A program made the translations under genes and the position numbers. This document shows, in pieces, positions 25,070 to 39,153 of a DNA stretch of 64,000 bases. How positions within the stretch are numbered: position 1 is the first letter of the stretch; each line of letters starts with the position of its first letter. The notes below the pieces were generated by a model. The model was not told the origin of the DNA. It saw nothing but the letters and a program-made list of their open reading frames with translations, and ran no database searches. Source of the DNA: Octopus vulgaris (taxonomy: Eukaryota); assembly GCA_951406725.2 (NCBI GenBank), contig OX597826.1, forward strand, positions 66,154,001 through 66,218,000. The letters run 5' to 3'.

Positions 25070-25673
25070 TGGTTAACTCTAACCCTAACCATAATCCTAA
25101 TCCTTTAACCCTGCCTCTGATTTTGAACCTAACACTAATCCTAGCTCTACGCCTAACTCTACCCCTAATCTTAAACCTAACACTGACGCTATCCCTACCC
25201 TAACCTTAATCCTAACCCTAATCCTAAATATTTATATATCACTTTAGCATGCGATCTTCCTGGCTATTTATACTTTAGTGTGCACTTTACCCCTAACTCT
25301 AATCCTAAACCTACCCCTAACCCAAACCCAAACCCTAATTCTAATCCTAAACCTACCCCTAACTCTAATCCCAGATACTTTTATACAAAAATTTATAGGA
25401 CGTCACTTAAACATGCGATCTTCCCGGTCCATTACATTTTAGCACGCAGTCTAAACATAACCAGTGGCGGACTGGCCTGGTTGCCAGTTTTCTCGATGGC
25501 AAGTGGGCCCTTGTGCCATTGGAATCCATATATGAGGGTCCATGTTAGTATGTAAGGGACCCATCCCCTCAAGTTTAAGAATTTTTTATTCACTCCTGGA
25601 AGAATGCGTTAATTATTTCAGCCTGGCTGTGTTTGTAGACAGCTGGAAAGAATACTTTTAACAACAACAACAA

Positions 25674-25716
<43 letters not shown>

Positions 25717-25940
25717 GATAGCATTGTAGTTGCGGGTGGGCCTCCTTGTAGTTACAACGAGCCCCCTTAGTCTCCTGGCAACTAATATTCTTAGACCCAC
25801 TCCGCCACTGATCATAACCCTAACTGTAACCCAAAACCTAGTCTAAAACCTAACAAGAACCTTAACTTTAAGCCCAATCCTAAACCTAAACCCTTAACTT
25901 TAAGCCCAACCCTAAACCTAAACCCTAACCCTAACCTTAA
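25070..25940. repeat. Degenerate telomere-like (TAACCC)n interstitial repeats
   Basis: Runs of CCCTAA/CCTAAC/CCTAAT at 25070-25370 and 25815-25940. Confidence 0.7.
25462..25810. mobile_element. hAT-type MITE inserted in the telomere-like repeat
   Basis: CAGTGGCGGA / TCCGCCACTG TIRs; 8-bp TSD AACATAAC/ATCATAAC. Confidence 0.8.
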
Positions 25941-26372
25941 CACATGCATTTTCCCTAAATACTTTTATACAAAAGTTTATGGATGCTACTTTAGCATGTG
26001 GCCGACCGGACCATCTACATTTTAGCATGCAGTCTTAGTGACTTTTATAGCTTAGCTTGCGGCCTACCTGGCCATTTACTGACGGCGCTTTGTGTCCCTG
26101 AGCAAGACACTTTATTTCACGTTGCTCTGGTCCACTCAGCTGGCAACAATGAGTTGTACCTATATTTCAAAGGGGCCTGCCTTGTCACATTCTGTGTCAC
26201 GCCGAATCTCTTTGAGAACTACGTCAAGGTACATGTGTCTGTGGAGTACTCAGCCACCTGTACTTTAATTTCATGAGCAGACTGTTCCATTGATCGGATC
26301 AACTGGAACCATTGATCGGATCAACTGGAACACTCGTCATAACCAATGGAGTGCCAATCAGTATGTGTGTGT

Positions 26373-26444
<72 letters not shown>

Positions 26445-28152
26445 GTACCCAAGAATCGGGACAGTGGTCTTCATGCTTCTGTCCACTGTTCTTGGAAACT
26501 GCAGTCGGTATTTATTAGTGTCACCTTTCAACTTTGCGACTATCATAGGTGACCCAGAATTCAATTTAGATAGCTTATCCAATCTCACTGTTATTGACCA
26601 AGTTCAACTTCAGGGAAGCAATAATCTCTACACATCTATAAATAGTAATTTCGAAACATCTATAAATAAAGGCGGTGTCCCAGCGTGGCCGCAGTCTAAA
26701 GACTGATAGAAGTAGAAGACTTATAGTAACTTTTGGAGAATTGTCACTATCTCTTTCTCATCCGCCATTAGCAGGCGACTAACTTCTTATCAATGACAAA
26801 CCTTGGACGAGCCTCATTACACACAAATTAGTAGCAGGCTTCTACAACTACAAGAGATCTGTCAAAATGAACAGTTGTATTTAATTTCAACTGTGTGACA
26901 ATTGAATAAAATCTGATAAGCATGAACTCTTTGTTGCTTCAACATTTTTCAATGCACCCGGAAATGAGTAATTATGCAATACTAAGCCTTTCTCAGTCTT
27001 TTCACAAACAGCCTTCTCAAATGATTACACAAGCAGCCTCACCCAAACTTCTTACCTATTACATTACACGCTTACAAATTACATACTACCTTTACAATTG
27101 GTGACTCCTGATTTATCTGTTTCTTTATTACCCACAAGGGGCCAAACACAGAGGGGACAAACAAGGACAGACAAACGGATTAAGTCGATTGCATCGACCC
27201 CAGTGCGTAACTGCTACTTAATTTATCGACTCCGAAAAGATGAAAGGCAAAGTCGATCTCGGTGGAATTTGAACTCAAGAACGTAACGACAGACGAAATA
27301 CGGGCTACGCATTTCGCCCGGCGTGCTAACGTTTCTGCCAGCTCGCCGCCATTGCCTCCTGACTTATCGGTCACAATTGCAGTCTCCGGCTTTCAACACG
27401 CTGCATTCTACTGTTACAATTGGTATTTCAGACCGATCCGAACAACGCAGCTCTATTATAATTGATAACGTTGACGTGCTCAACAAGCAAACAATGCATT
27501 CCAAACATGTTTGGCGATGCCAAATTTCTATCTCAAGCAAAACGAAACGAACTACGCAGCTCTTCAACAATTGGTGATTTATCCAACTCCACGATAAACG
27601 AACTATGCAGCCCCGTTTCAAACACAGGCTGTCTGACTTCGACGAATTTGTAGTCAACAGCGACCGTCCGCGAAGAGCAGCTGTGCTTATATCTCTGCAA
27701 ATCGTTCCTTGCGAAGAACAGTGCATGTACACAGTCGCCATGAAGTTCTGCAACCTAAAAACTGTTCCGCACACATGAGAACCACATTACAGTAACCATG
27801 GAAGCAATCATTTAAACGATAATTAAAAAGCACACAAACACGCGCGTCTCAAACTTTCATCCCACGTCCACAGGTTTAGAAACGGTATTGTTCGCTTGAA
27901 TTCCTCAGAGACATTTGGTATATAGTCCGTATAAGCTTTCAAAAACTTTTTTTTTCATTTCAGTACCAGTTTTCAGTTCTATGTATATTAAAAAACAGCT
28001 TGTCTTTCTTTCATTCATTTATTTATATATATTGTATTTCGTTTTGTTAACATTCATGTCTGCCCAGCAAATTTGAGAAGCACCGCGCTATGCCACCTCG
28101 ATCTGGTCACAGTGTATATATAGAAAATTTACCCGGTTCAGCGCTTTCAGTA

Positions 28153-28666
28153 CCGTAAATCCTCGAGTATATTCCGCATTTTTCTCTCAAAATTTAAAGG
28201 TCAAAATCCTTAGTGCGTACTATATTCGAGGTTAAAAATGAAAATTATTTTCTAAGTAATGTCCGAGTCTCTATTTGCTGTCCGGCAATGTTTATTCAGA
28301 CGCATTTTGTGATGTCGGGCGCGAAAATACATTAAGCTAAGCCTGAAAGCAATGAAGTCATAAAAGAATCATCCATAACTTGCAATAAGCAACATTTATT
28401 AAACTTTATTACTGTTATTACTGCTATTTTCTGGAAACAAAAATGCACAAAAAAGCTACACGTTTGCATTATGTTATATATACAATAATAATAAAGGACG
28501 TTACCGTATACAGTTTTACAAACCAAGGACATTATATAGACCTCCTTGACTCAAGTTAGAGAAAGGTTGCATATTATACACAAGGTTTAGGTTTTTCAGA
28601 GGTACAGCCTCCTAAAAGTCCCCTGCGTATTATACTCAAGGGCGAACTATACTCGAGGATTTACGG
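28153..28666. mobile_element. pogo/Tigger-like MITE
   Basis: TA-CCGTAAATCCTCGAGTATA ... TATACTCGAGGATTTACGG-TA. Confidence 0.88.
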
Positions 28667-28779
28667 TATGTCTTTTGTAGTTTGTAGTACTTGCTTTACC
28701 CACAGCAATTACTCACTATCGCAGAATCAGGCAAAAACTTAGCCTCTGCTCTTTCTTCAAGGCACTTACTACACAATAC

Positions 28780-29995
<1,216 letters not shown>

Positions 29996-30457
29996 TTTGC
30001 GCGCATTTTTTCTTTTTTCATATTCGTTTCCTACACTTGTTTTTTTTTACACCCGTTGCACTATTTTTCCCCCGATTTTCGTTTCCAGGTCAAGTAGTAA
30101 ACATTAACCATACATACTTCCTGTCAGAAACCTTCCTATAATACTATGGACTAAAAATAGCAAATTTTCCCCCTCGGCCCCTTTAAACGAAAGTTAACAT
30201 CTGCATCGAATTCAGAGCACTTGACTGTAGGCCATCAACGAATACGCAATCCGGAATTGCATCACATTTAGATCTACTCGAATCTGCACCCATTCCACGA
30301 ACGCACGCTAATCATAAGCAATTTCACTCTGTGTGTGTGTTTGTGTATGGTCATGTGTGGATTACAGAGGCTATCACATTTAGCAGTGTAATGTTGTTGT
30401 TTTTTAAATTGTTATCCATGTTGAGCTTTCATAGCTTTGTCAGTGTAGTTCTAATGT

Positions 30458-30875
30458 CTTCTTAATCCTTTTTGCCCCTTGTGGAGCATAAGGCCTCAAC
30501 AGTTGTTTTCCACTTTTTGCGATCATTGGCGTATTTCTTGGCCGCTTCCCATGTCAGGCCGGTGGTCCTGAGCTCGTCCAAAATGCTCCGCTTCCATGTC
30601 TGCTTCGGGCGTCCTCGCTTCCTTTTCCTCTGCCGGTTCCAGTCAAGTGCTTGTCGTGTCACATTTGAGGGTTCTTTCCGATCCATCTCCATTTCCTTCG
30701 TCTAATCTGAACATGTATGGGCTCCTGGTTGGCCTTTTCCCACAGGTCGGTGTTTGGCACTATTCTGAACCACTTCAGATGGAGGATCTGCCGGAGACAT
30801 TTGTTGATGAAGGTCTGGATCTTGTTGTTGTTGCTGCTGTTGGCTCTCCATGTTTCAGAGCCATACAAAAGCACA
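30458..30875 (-). mobile_element. 5'-truncated RTE LINE (second family)
   Basis: VLLYGSETW...FINKCLRQIL...RKWRWIG...RKRGRPKQTW; perfect 13-bp TSD GTAGTTCTAATGT at 30445-30457 and 30876-30888. Confidence 0.9.
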
Positions 30876-31239
30876 GTAGTTCTAATGTACGCGAAGCAAT
30901 TGTTCAACAGTATAATTTTGTGGCGACTGTTTGACTTGCAGTGTTTGCGAGGAAAGATTTACAGAAATATAAAGCATAGCAACTGGTAGGTCGCCCCATT
31001 GCTGTACATTCTCCATAATCAAACGATATGTCTCCCGTACTGGATTGTATTGTCCGATTATCGTGCAGGGACTGCCAATTGTAGCGGGTCTGCGTAGTTC
31101 GTTTCGTTCTGAGGGCACCATGGCGAGACATAGATAGGCTGGACTCAGAGGTGTAGCAGGTTCTAAAATTAGGAGCAGCGAAACAATTAAAAAAAAGGCG
31201 CTGTGACACATACCAAACGATTTTTAACCCATTTCCCTT

Positions 31240-31420
31240 ACATTATGCGAAATATTTCATTAGTTACAATATACGTAATTGTATTCTATATTCATTAATT
31301 TCCTCTTTCAGTAACAATGTCATTACGTATGAAACTTACAACTGCTGATATAGGTGTGACGTGAAAGAAAAGATGGAACTCCATGGGATCGTCCAGTGTC
31401 GAGTGGTTATGACGTCATGG
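31240..31420. promoter_or_regulatory. bZIP-site cluster (CRE, GTGACGTG, D-box-like) upstream of nocturnin
   Basis: TGACGTCA 31410-31417, GTGACGTG 31356-31363, TTACGTAT 31323-31330, ATACGTAAT 31271-31279. Confidence 0.4.
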
Positions 31421-32186
31421 TTTGTTTTGGTTCTTCAGATGTCAGCAGCCACCAACACATCACAAGGGATTGAGCAAACGGTTCAATAACACGGGAGGTT
31501 AGTCAAATAAAGTATGAGTCCAGAAAGTTCTGAGTTCAAATTCCGCCGAGGTCGACTTTGCCTTTCATCCTTTCGGGGTCGATTAAATAAGTACCAGTTA
31601 CGCACTGGGGTCGATGTAATCGACTTAATCCGTTTGCCTGTCCTTGCTTGTCCTCTCTGTGTTTAGCCCCTTGTGAGTAATAAAGAAACAGGTATCTCGT
31701 CTGTCTTTAAGTTCTGAGTTTAATTCCGCCGAGATCGACTTTGCATTTCATCCTTTCGCGGTCGATAAATTAAGTACCAGTTGCGTACTCAGGTCGATCT
31801 AATCGACTGGCCCCCTCCACTAAAATTTCGGGCATTGCGCCTAGAGTAGAAAAGAATATTTAACAGAAGTAACAGAATGATTCAAGGTCCGAGAGTTTCT
31901 TGCGTTGGCACTTATCAAACTGGTCGAAGGCCCGTGAGTTTATATATCCAGAACTATATAAATACATAGGCCTTCGACCTGTGGCTAGTTTGACAAGTGC
32001 CAACGCACGAAACTGTCGGACCTTGAGTCACCCCGTTACTTCTGCTAAATATTGATAAAAACATACATCTACTAATATTCTCAGTTCCACTGCGTGGCAC
32101 CTTGGGCAGGTGTCTTCTACTATAGCCTCGTGCCGACCAAAATCTTGTGAGTGGATCTGGTAGATGGAAACTGAAAGAAGCCCGTA

Positions 32187-32232
<46 letters not shown>

Positions 32233-32466
32233 GCGGAGTAGACGAAACAGGGACAACTGAAGAAGGGGAATATTCCTTGTGTTGTATGTCTTGTACTTTG
32301 TTTTTTCGTTGTTTGAAGATAAGTTCGTTTCCATGTTTTGTTTTTATGTTTTCGTTTCTCATTGTGTTCACCCCCTTTTTTTATGTCCTGTACCCACATA
32401 TACATGTACATATACATATAGATGTAGGTATGTACATATATGTATGTATATATGCGTATATTTATA

Positions 32467-32511
<45 letters not shown>

Positions 32512-32681
32512 AAATGAGAAAATGGAGAAACAAACCTAAATCAATCATCAACCATCAGATAATACCCAATCAATACTTTATTAAACCATTACATAACAGC
32601 AATGACATTATACATAATATATTGCAAATATAACTAGACATGGAAATAGAAATAGAAAACAAATAACAACAAATAGTGGTT

Positions 32682-32778
32682 CACTCACTACAGCTGTTTC
32701 AGACGTGTTTTTTTATAGATGAATTGAGTTATTACATGATGTGAACAAGAAAAACAAGACCTTTTCATCAGATGAATA
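32682..32778 (-). ncRNA. Hammerhead-like motif (CTGATGA ... GAAACAGCTGTA) with a decayed inverted copy at ~32826-32930
   Basis: Canonical core, palindromic stem III ACAGCTGT, GUA cleavage site, stem I TATTCAT/GTGAGTG. Stem II is degenerate. Confidence 0.5.
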
Positions 32779-33229
32779 TACGCAGAAATTAGATATTTAA
32801 AAAAACAAAACATTCCAACGAATCCTATTCATCTGATGGAAATGTTTTTCTTTTTTCACATGATGTAATAACTCTTTTCATCAATAAAAAACTTTTTATA
32901 AACACGTCTGAACAGTGAGTGAACCACTATCCATCTGTTATGTTATTTGCTTATTACTTACCTTACTCGGAAACCTACAATTAGCGTGGGTCTAGAGTCT
33001 ATTGAATGCAGTGTGGTGTGCCGCCTGGAGCGGCTCTTCCGTTTGCCGGCCCCAGACCCCACAAAAAACACATACTGCTTACAGCAGTCCCAAAAATGGT
33101 GCTCCTTTAAAAGTGCTGTCCGAGGCGGACCGCCCCTACTATTGTTTAAAGGGGCACCACTATAATAGAAAATATAACGAGATGAGTGTAAACCACACCG
33201 ATTGACTTTGTTTCCTCATAGCTTTCTGA

Positions 33230-33298
<69 letters not shown>

Positions 33299-33404
33299 TC
33301 GAGTTCAGTCCCACTGCATGTCACCTTGGGCAAATGTTTTCTACTATGGATTCGGGCCATGTGAGTGGATTTGGTAGACAGAAATTGAAAGAAGTCCGTC
33401 GCAA

Positions 33405-33435
<31 letters not shown>

Positions 33436-34449
33436 TGTATGTGTGTGTGAGAGAGAGAGAGAGAGTGTGTGAGTGTGTTAGTCCCCTCTCCGACATCGCT
33501 TGACAACCGATGCTGGTGTGTTTACGTCGCCATAACTTAGCGGTTCCGCAAAGAGATCGATAGAATAAGTACTAGGCTTACAAAATTCGATTTGTTCGAC
33601 TGAAGGCGGTGCTCCAGCATGGCCGTAGTCAAATGACTGAAACAAGAATACAAGAATACACACACACACACACATGTAGCTTTAAATTTTTCAGAAAGTT
33701 ATGAGGAAACAAAGCCGGTCGGTGCGGTGTACACTCATGTAGTTATATTTTTTAAATTATATTTTACTCAGTAAATGAGAATTAAAAAAGAAAAAAAACT
33801 ATTAAAAGAACTTTATTTGTTCCACACTACATCTGAAACAACACAATTACATTACCGATGTAATTATCATAGTATTAATTAAAAATATATATACATATAT
33901 AAAATAAAATAATAATGAAATTATTGTATACAGTGCTCAGGTGCACCACAACTTGTCATATATATACAGTAACAATATCATAAATCTCGGAATTGTAGGA
34001 AAAATAGATTGTGCAACATTTAACACTTTCACTGTACAAAAAACCTTCCTGGTTTGCAAGAAGCGAGATTGGGATGGACCTGATCGCCCAACCGTCACTT
34101 CCACAACATAAGGTTCGGCCCAAAACACAAAGGACAGTTTTAACTAACAATAAATCATATTAAAAATATTTTCTCGGAAAGCGCCGTGTTTTTTTTACAT
34201 ATACATCTATATATATATATATAGTATATATAGTATATATAACACCATAACACAACAGTAAATCGAAGAAACCTGAATACATCCATACGTACACAAGCCC
34301 GCTCTCTCAATCTCTCTCTCTCACACACACACACACACACGCGCGCATGCACATACATTAACAGTTATATTTATGTCGTGTATAAAACGCAATTTCACAT
34401 TAAACAGAGAGATTGCCTCATACTTTTTAGTAGAGTGAATATTTAACTA

Positions 34450-34717
34450 ACTTTTATAAGGAGAGGATTGACAGGCTTCGAAGAAGTTTTAGCCGAAACT
34501 ACGAAGTCAACCGTGTTAAAGTTTTTTTTTTTTTTATATACAATCTCATCCTCTCTCTTTCTTTCTCTTCTCTCTCTCTCTATATATATAACTATTGATT
34601 GATCTGAAGCGACTCTGATATAATCATTATAAAGCGGTCGAATTTTTTTCTTTTTACAAGAAGAAGAGAGAGAAACTAACAAAAACTGGTAATAATAATG
34701 AGTGGGAGGAGGATCAC

Positions 34718-34748
<31 letters not shown>

Positions 34749-35031
34749 GTGAACAAATAACGCACTTCCTCCTCCGTCGTCGTTGTTTCCGAAACTGAAG
34801 CTGTGGATAGAAGAATTGATTCAACCATACGAAAACTGCAGCAATTGCTAAGGACGCCAGAGCTGACCTCCACGTCACTACCATCACCACCACCACCACC
34901 ACAAGCACCACCACCGCCACCATCACCACAACTACCACCACCACCATCAGTGACGTTGTTAGTTCACCTCTACATCGCTGACACCACTTCTACGCCGACA
35001 CTGCTTCTAAAGCTTTGCCGACGACCTTGAG
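34450..35031 (+). other. Putative non-coding first exon of nocturnin
   Basis: Unique, GC-richer stretch ending in a GAG|GTTTGT donor. The nocturnin ATG exon starts with an acceptor at 40847, so an upstream exon is required. In-frame TAA at 35008 excludes an N-terminal extension from here. 5' boundary uncertain. Confidence 0.4.
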
Positions 35032-36049
35032 GTTTGTTTGTTTTTCCTTTTCGTCTTCCTCCTTGCTTTATTTGTCTATCCCTCTGATGTACACCGAAAG
35101 CCGTTTATTATAATCACGGATAACGCTATGAACCGATTATGGCTATCAAAATTAGTGGGATCCTCACTCTATTTCCATAATGTTATTAAGCAGTTAATAT
35201 CGAAAAGTCTTCGTTCCATACTGATCACAGTAAGCGGCTTCCACTCTCTCTATATAATATACATATCTATCTGTTAATGTTCTATCTATCTATTTATATA
35301 TCTATCTATCTATCTATGCTGTTCCCTCCGTTGTCGTTTAGTCCCAGGGCATCCCTAACTAAGCAAACCTACGATCATCAAAGACCTTACAAGAGTGACC
35401 AGGTCATCTTTCTTTAAGGGTATTGTCTTTTGTGAACAACTAGTATACCTCTACCTTTTCAAGAGAGGTTAGGTTGTAATTTGAGAAAGATTTGGCTGCT
35501 ATTTCTGCTTCATTCTGTCTTTGTCTCTCATGAATGCTGGCCGCTGTTCGCCAATATTTTATCTGGGGAGCTTATTTATCTGCATCGTAGATTAAAGAAG
35601 ATAGCAAATATGATATTTACTAGAAAGCCCGTCACTATACAAATAAATATTGAATCGCCGAAACCATAATTCTATATTATAAAGTACATATATATATATG
35701 TATGTATGTATGTATAAAAAACAGTGAAATGTTTTATATACTTTGTCGTTGAAAACAGTCATTCTTATATTCAATGAATTTCGTAATATATGATGAGACC
35801 ATAATATTTATTCGGATAGTTCCGTTGTTCCTGTCTTGGCTATTCGCGATCCATCGAGGGTGCCTGTACATCTCTCGACCGATTACAAAAAGTAGCCATA
35901 TCACACACCACCGTAATTGATATTCTAGTTTTCCTGCACTTATATATAGGATGATCACGACTGGATTGCCTTTGATCAGTATTGGCCAGCGCATAAACAG
36001 CTTTGCTATCCACATTATTGTTTGTCCCTTTCTTCCCCCCTCTGTCTCT

Positions 36050-36152
36050 ATATCTATCTGTCTAATTATCTATCTATCTATCTATCCATCTATCTGTCTA
36101 TCTATCCATCTATCTGTCTATCTATCCATCTGTCTGCCTATCTATCTATCTG

Positions 36153-36215
<63 letters not shown>

Positions 36216-36263
36216 GTCTATCGATTTGTCCATCTATCTATCTGTCTGTCTATCGATTTGTCC

Positions 36264-36314
<51 letters not shown>

Positions 36315-36340
36315 GATTTGTCCATCCATCTGTCTATCTT
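36050..36340. repeat. (TATC)n microsatellite
   Basis: Directly visible. Other large microsatellites at 18950-19050 and 19358-19520 (TATG), 22230-22390 (TA/TG), 26373-26438 (GA), 28995-29440 and 58087-58150. Confidence 0.95.
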
Positions 36341-36935
36341 TCGGCCGATTTCTCCATCTAACTTTTTATCTGTCTGTCTTTCGGTTCTGTTCCTCTTTCT
36401 CTCTCTCCGTTTCTATTTATCTCGCTCTCCATTGTCTGTCACAGTTTTACATGTCTCCTCTATTCTGTTGTTATGTCCATTTGTTTCTAATCTGGGTTTT
36501 GTTGTTTAGCCCGGGGTCAGTTCTTATAGAACAGTCCTGTGCTACATACATACATACATACACGTAGGTAGTCGGCCGGTCTATGAGGCAAGACATACGG
36601 ACCCATCTTCTCAGTTATACCACCATATCTCTGCCAAGCCGAGGACCATGTGCTGACTCTGACATGCCTTGAGGAATCGTATGGGACGCAGTGTGACTCT
36701 CTGGGACACCATACTACACTCTCTCTATTGTCAAGTTTATTTCTGTACGCTCGTTGAACCCCTGTTCTGACCACAATGGAAACCGGGCGTAGGGGACTCA
36801 GACTATGGCAATTCCTTTGTACTTATTGTTTGTGGTGGGCATCCTACTACAATGTTTGGCACCATTGAAACAATGTTGCGGCAATTTCTCTGTGTGTGTG
36901 TGGTTGTTTGTCCTGGTTAATTGGGAAAGATTGTG

Positions 36936-37349
36936 CGCAATCTTTCGTCTCTAGTAGACCTTTCCGTCGATTTCCGTAAAAAAATATTTTTTTTACATAT
37001 GGGCTTGCGGGAACTTTTGAAGTAATGAGAGCGAAAGAGACTAAGAGGAAGCGATTGTATGACGAGGGAAGTTCTTTTTAAGTTACCGTGCATGGAAAGC
37101 ATTGATGTATATGTGTGTGTGTGTGTGTTTGATGGGGTGTGTGAGACAGAAAGTATGTTGTGTAAGTGAAGTGTGTGTGAAGAGACAGAGTAATGTGTGA
37201 AAGAAAGAAAGAGATAACTGAAATTTTTTACTCGGTGTATGTGTATATGTATGTATATTACTTCAAAAGTTCCCGCAAGCCCATATGTAAAAAAAAAAAA
37301 AATTTTTACGGAAATCGACGGAAAGGTCTACTAGAGACGAAAGATCGCC
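36936..37349. mobile_element. MITE with ~90-bp TIRs and 8-bp TSD (GGCGATCTTT terminus)
   Basis: 36936-37026 is inverted at 37257-37349; TSD AGATTGTG at 36928-36935 and 37350-37357. Confidence 0.88.
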
Positions 37350-38845
37350 AGATTGTGTTTTTAATTCCGTAGTAAAATACTGAAATCATTCGTATTGTTT
37401 ACTATTTCATTTTCTGAAATGAAAAAGTTAATGCGTTTCGTATTACTGAGGTTTAGTTTTTTTTCTCTTTCACTTTCTCATTCCAAATGACCAAATACAG
37501 AAATATAATCGGAAAATTAAACATTTGCTTACGGAATGATGACATTTTCATCTTTGAAATTATTAAAGACAACATATTTAAAATTCTACGGAAACGTTCT
37601 ACTTTTTTTTTTTTTTTTTGTCCCAGAACGTTTTCTCAATAATTTCAATTCAAATGATGGACCAGGTACAGAAATATAAATGTAGAAATGTAAAAAAAAA
37701 TAATTGTGATTACATTTTCAGCATTAAAAAAATAATAAACAAACAAAAAAAACCAGAAAATGAAAACAGCTTTTCACTTCTTCCGAAAGTAAAAAGTACA
37801 AGACTTATTAATGCTTTCGTGTGCCGGTTTGCACATCACCTTTGTTATGTTGTTCGTGTATTCTGTTTTGTGGGTGTAGTATATGTTTTTGTGTGAGTGT
37901 GAAGCTCGTTTTCCGTGAAGCGACCGAGAGGTGGAAGATTGTTACGACAGCAAACTTTGCCCTCACATGTTCAAGAAGTCTAACATTTTTAGTACTTTTA
38001 TTGGGCGGAATTCTGGTATAAGCGCACCTTTAAAACCCCTCTTTTACTCTTTTGTTTCAGTCGTTTGACTGTGGCCATGCTGGAACACCGCCTTTAGTCT
38101 AGTAAATCGACCCCAGGACTTATTCTTTGTAAGCCTAGTACTTATTCTATCGGGTCTCTTTTTGCCGAACCGCTTAGTTACAGGGACGTAAACACACCAG
38201 CATCAGTTGTCAAGTGATGTTTTGGGGGGGGGGAGACAAACACAGACACACAAACATATACACATACATACATACATACATACAGACAGACAGACAGACA
38301 GATAGATTGATAGATAGATATAGATATTCATATATACGACGGGCTTCTTTCAGTTTCCGTCTACCAAATCCACTCACAAGGCTTTGGTCGGCCCGAAGCT
38401 ATAGTAGAAGACACTTGCCCCAATTTTTGGGGTGGGTGAGGTGGGGGTTAAATTTTCAAAACATTTTTGCGAGTTTGTATTCTACACGGAATTTATACGA
38501 TTATGTAAAAAAAAAAGTCTAAGTGTTTGATTTAAGGGTGATTTAGCTGTTGTTTTTAGAACATCCCATGACCACCTGGTATGGCCGGTTACGCGGTGTG
38601 CTTCGACCCAGAATCCACGACAGGCCGAGTGTATGCACGAATATTTTTAACTTTTTGAATTTGGATTCCGAAGGATTTCAAAAATTATTCTAAAATTATA
38701 AACAGAAACAAGCGACAGATTCGGACTGTCCGTATTTTAAACTCCAATTAAAATACTTCGGAAAAGAGTGGAAATTTTAGAATTTATGAGGGAGAGGAAT
38801 TAAAAATCAAAACTAAGAATGTATTATTATTATTATTATTATTAT

Positions 38846-39098
38846 TCAGTAGTTTTATTTTTATAGCGTGCTTTCACTTCACTACCGAGCGCAGCTCTGT
38901 GTGCCTTGGGTATGTGCTGTGGTTTGTTGTGATGCTCTGATGGTTATTGTATGGAACGTGTTCTGCGTAGGATGTGTGCAGTGCCCAGTAGTGCAATTTT
39001 CTGTATGTTATATGTGTTTGTAAGTCCTGGTGTTTTTGTTATGTATTTGTCTGAATCTTTTTTTATCATGCCTAATGCACCTACTATGATAGGAATTG

Positions 39099-39100
<2 letters not shown>
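38846..39100 (-). mobile_element. R4/Dong-clade non-LTR 3' end inserted in (TAA)n
   Basis: TIPIIVGALGMIKK...IQKIALLGTAHILRR motif; (TAT)n on both flanks, the known Dong target. Confidence 0.85.

Positions 39101-39153
<53 letters not shown>

Noticed and set aside
34803-35030. Proline-rich 75-aa ORF as a nocturnin N-terminal extension
   Set aside because: GTG start, (CCA)n-derived, ends in a stop; the frame that would join nocturnin has TAA at 35008.
36565-36880. GC-richer unique-looking segment
   Set aside because: No recognisable frame or structure; probably a retroelement fragment but unsupported.
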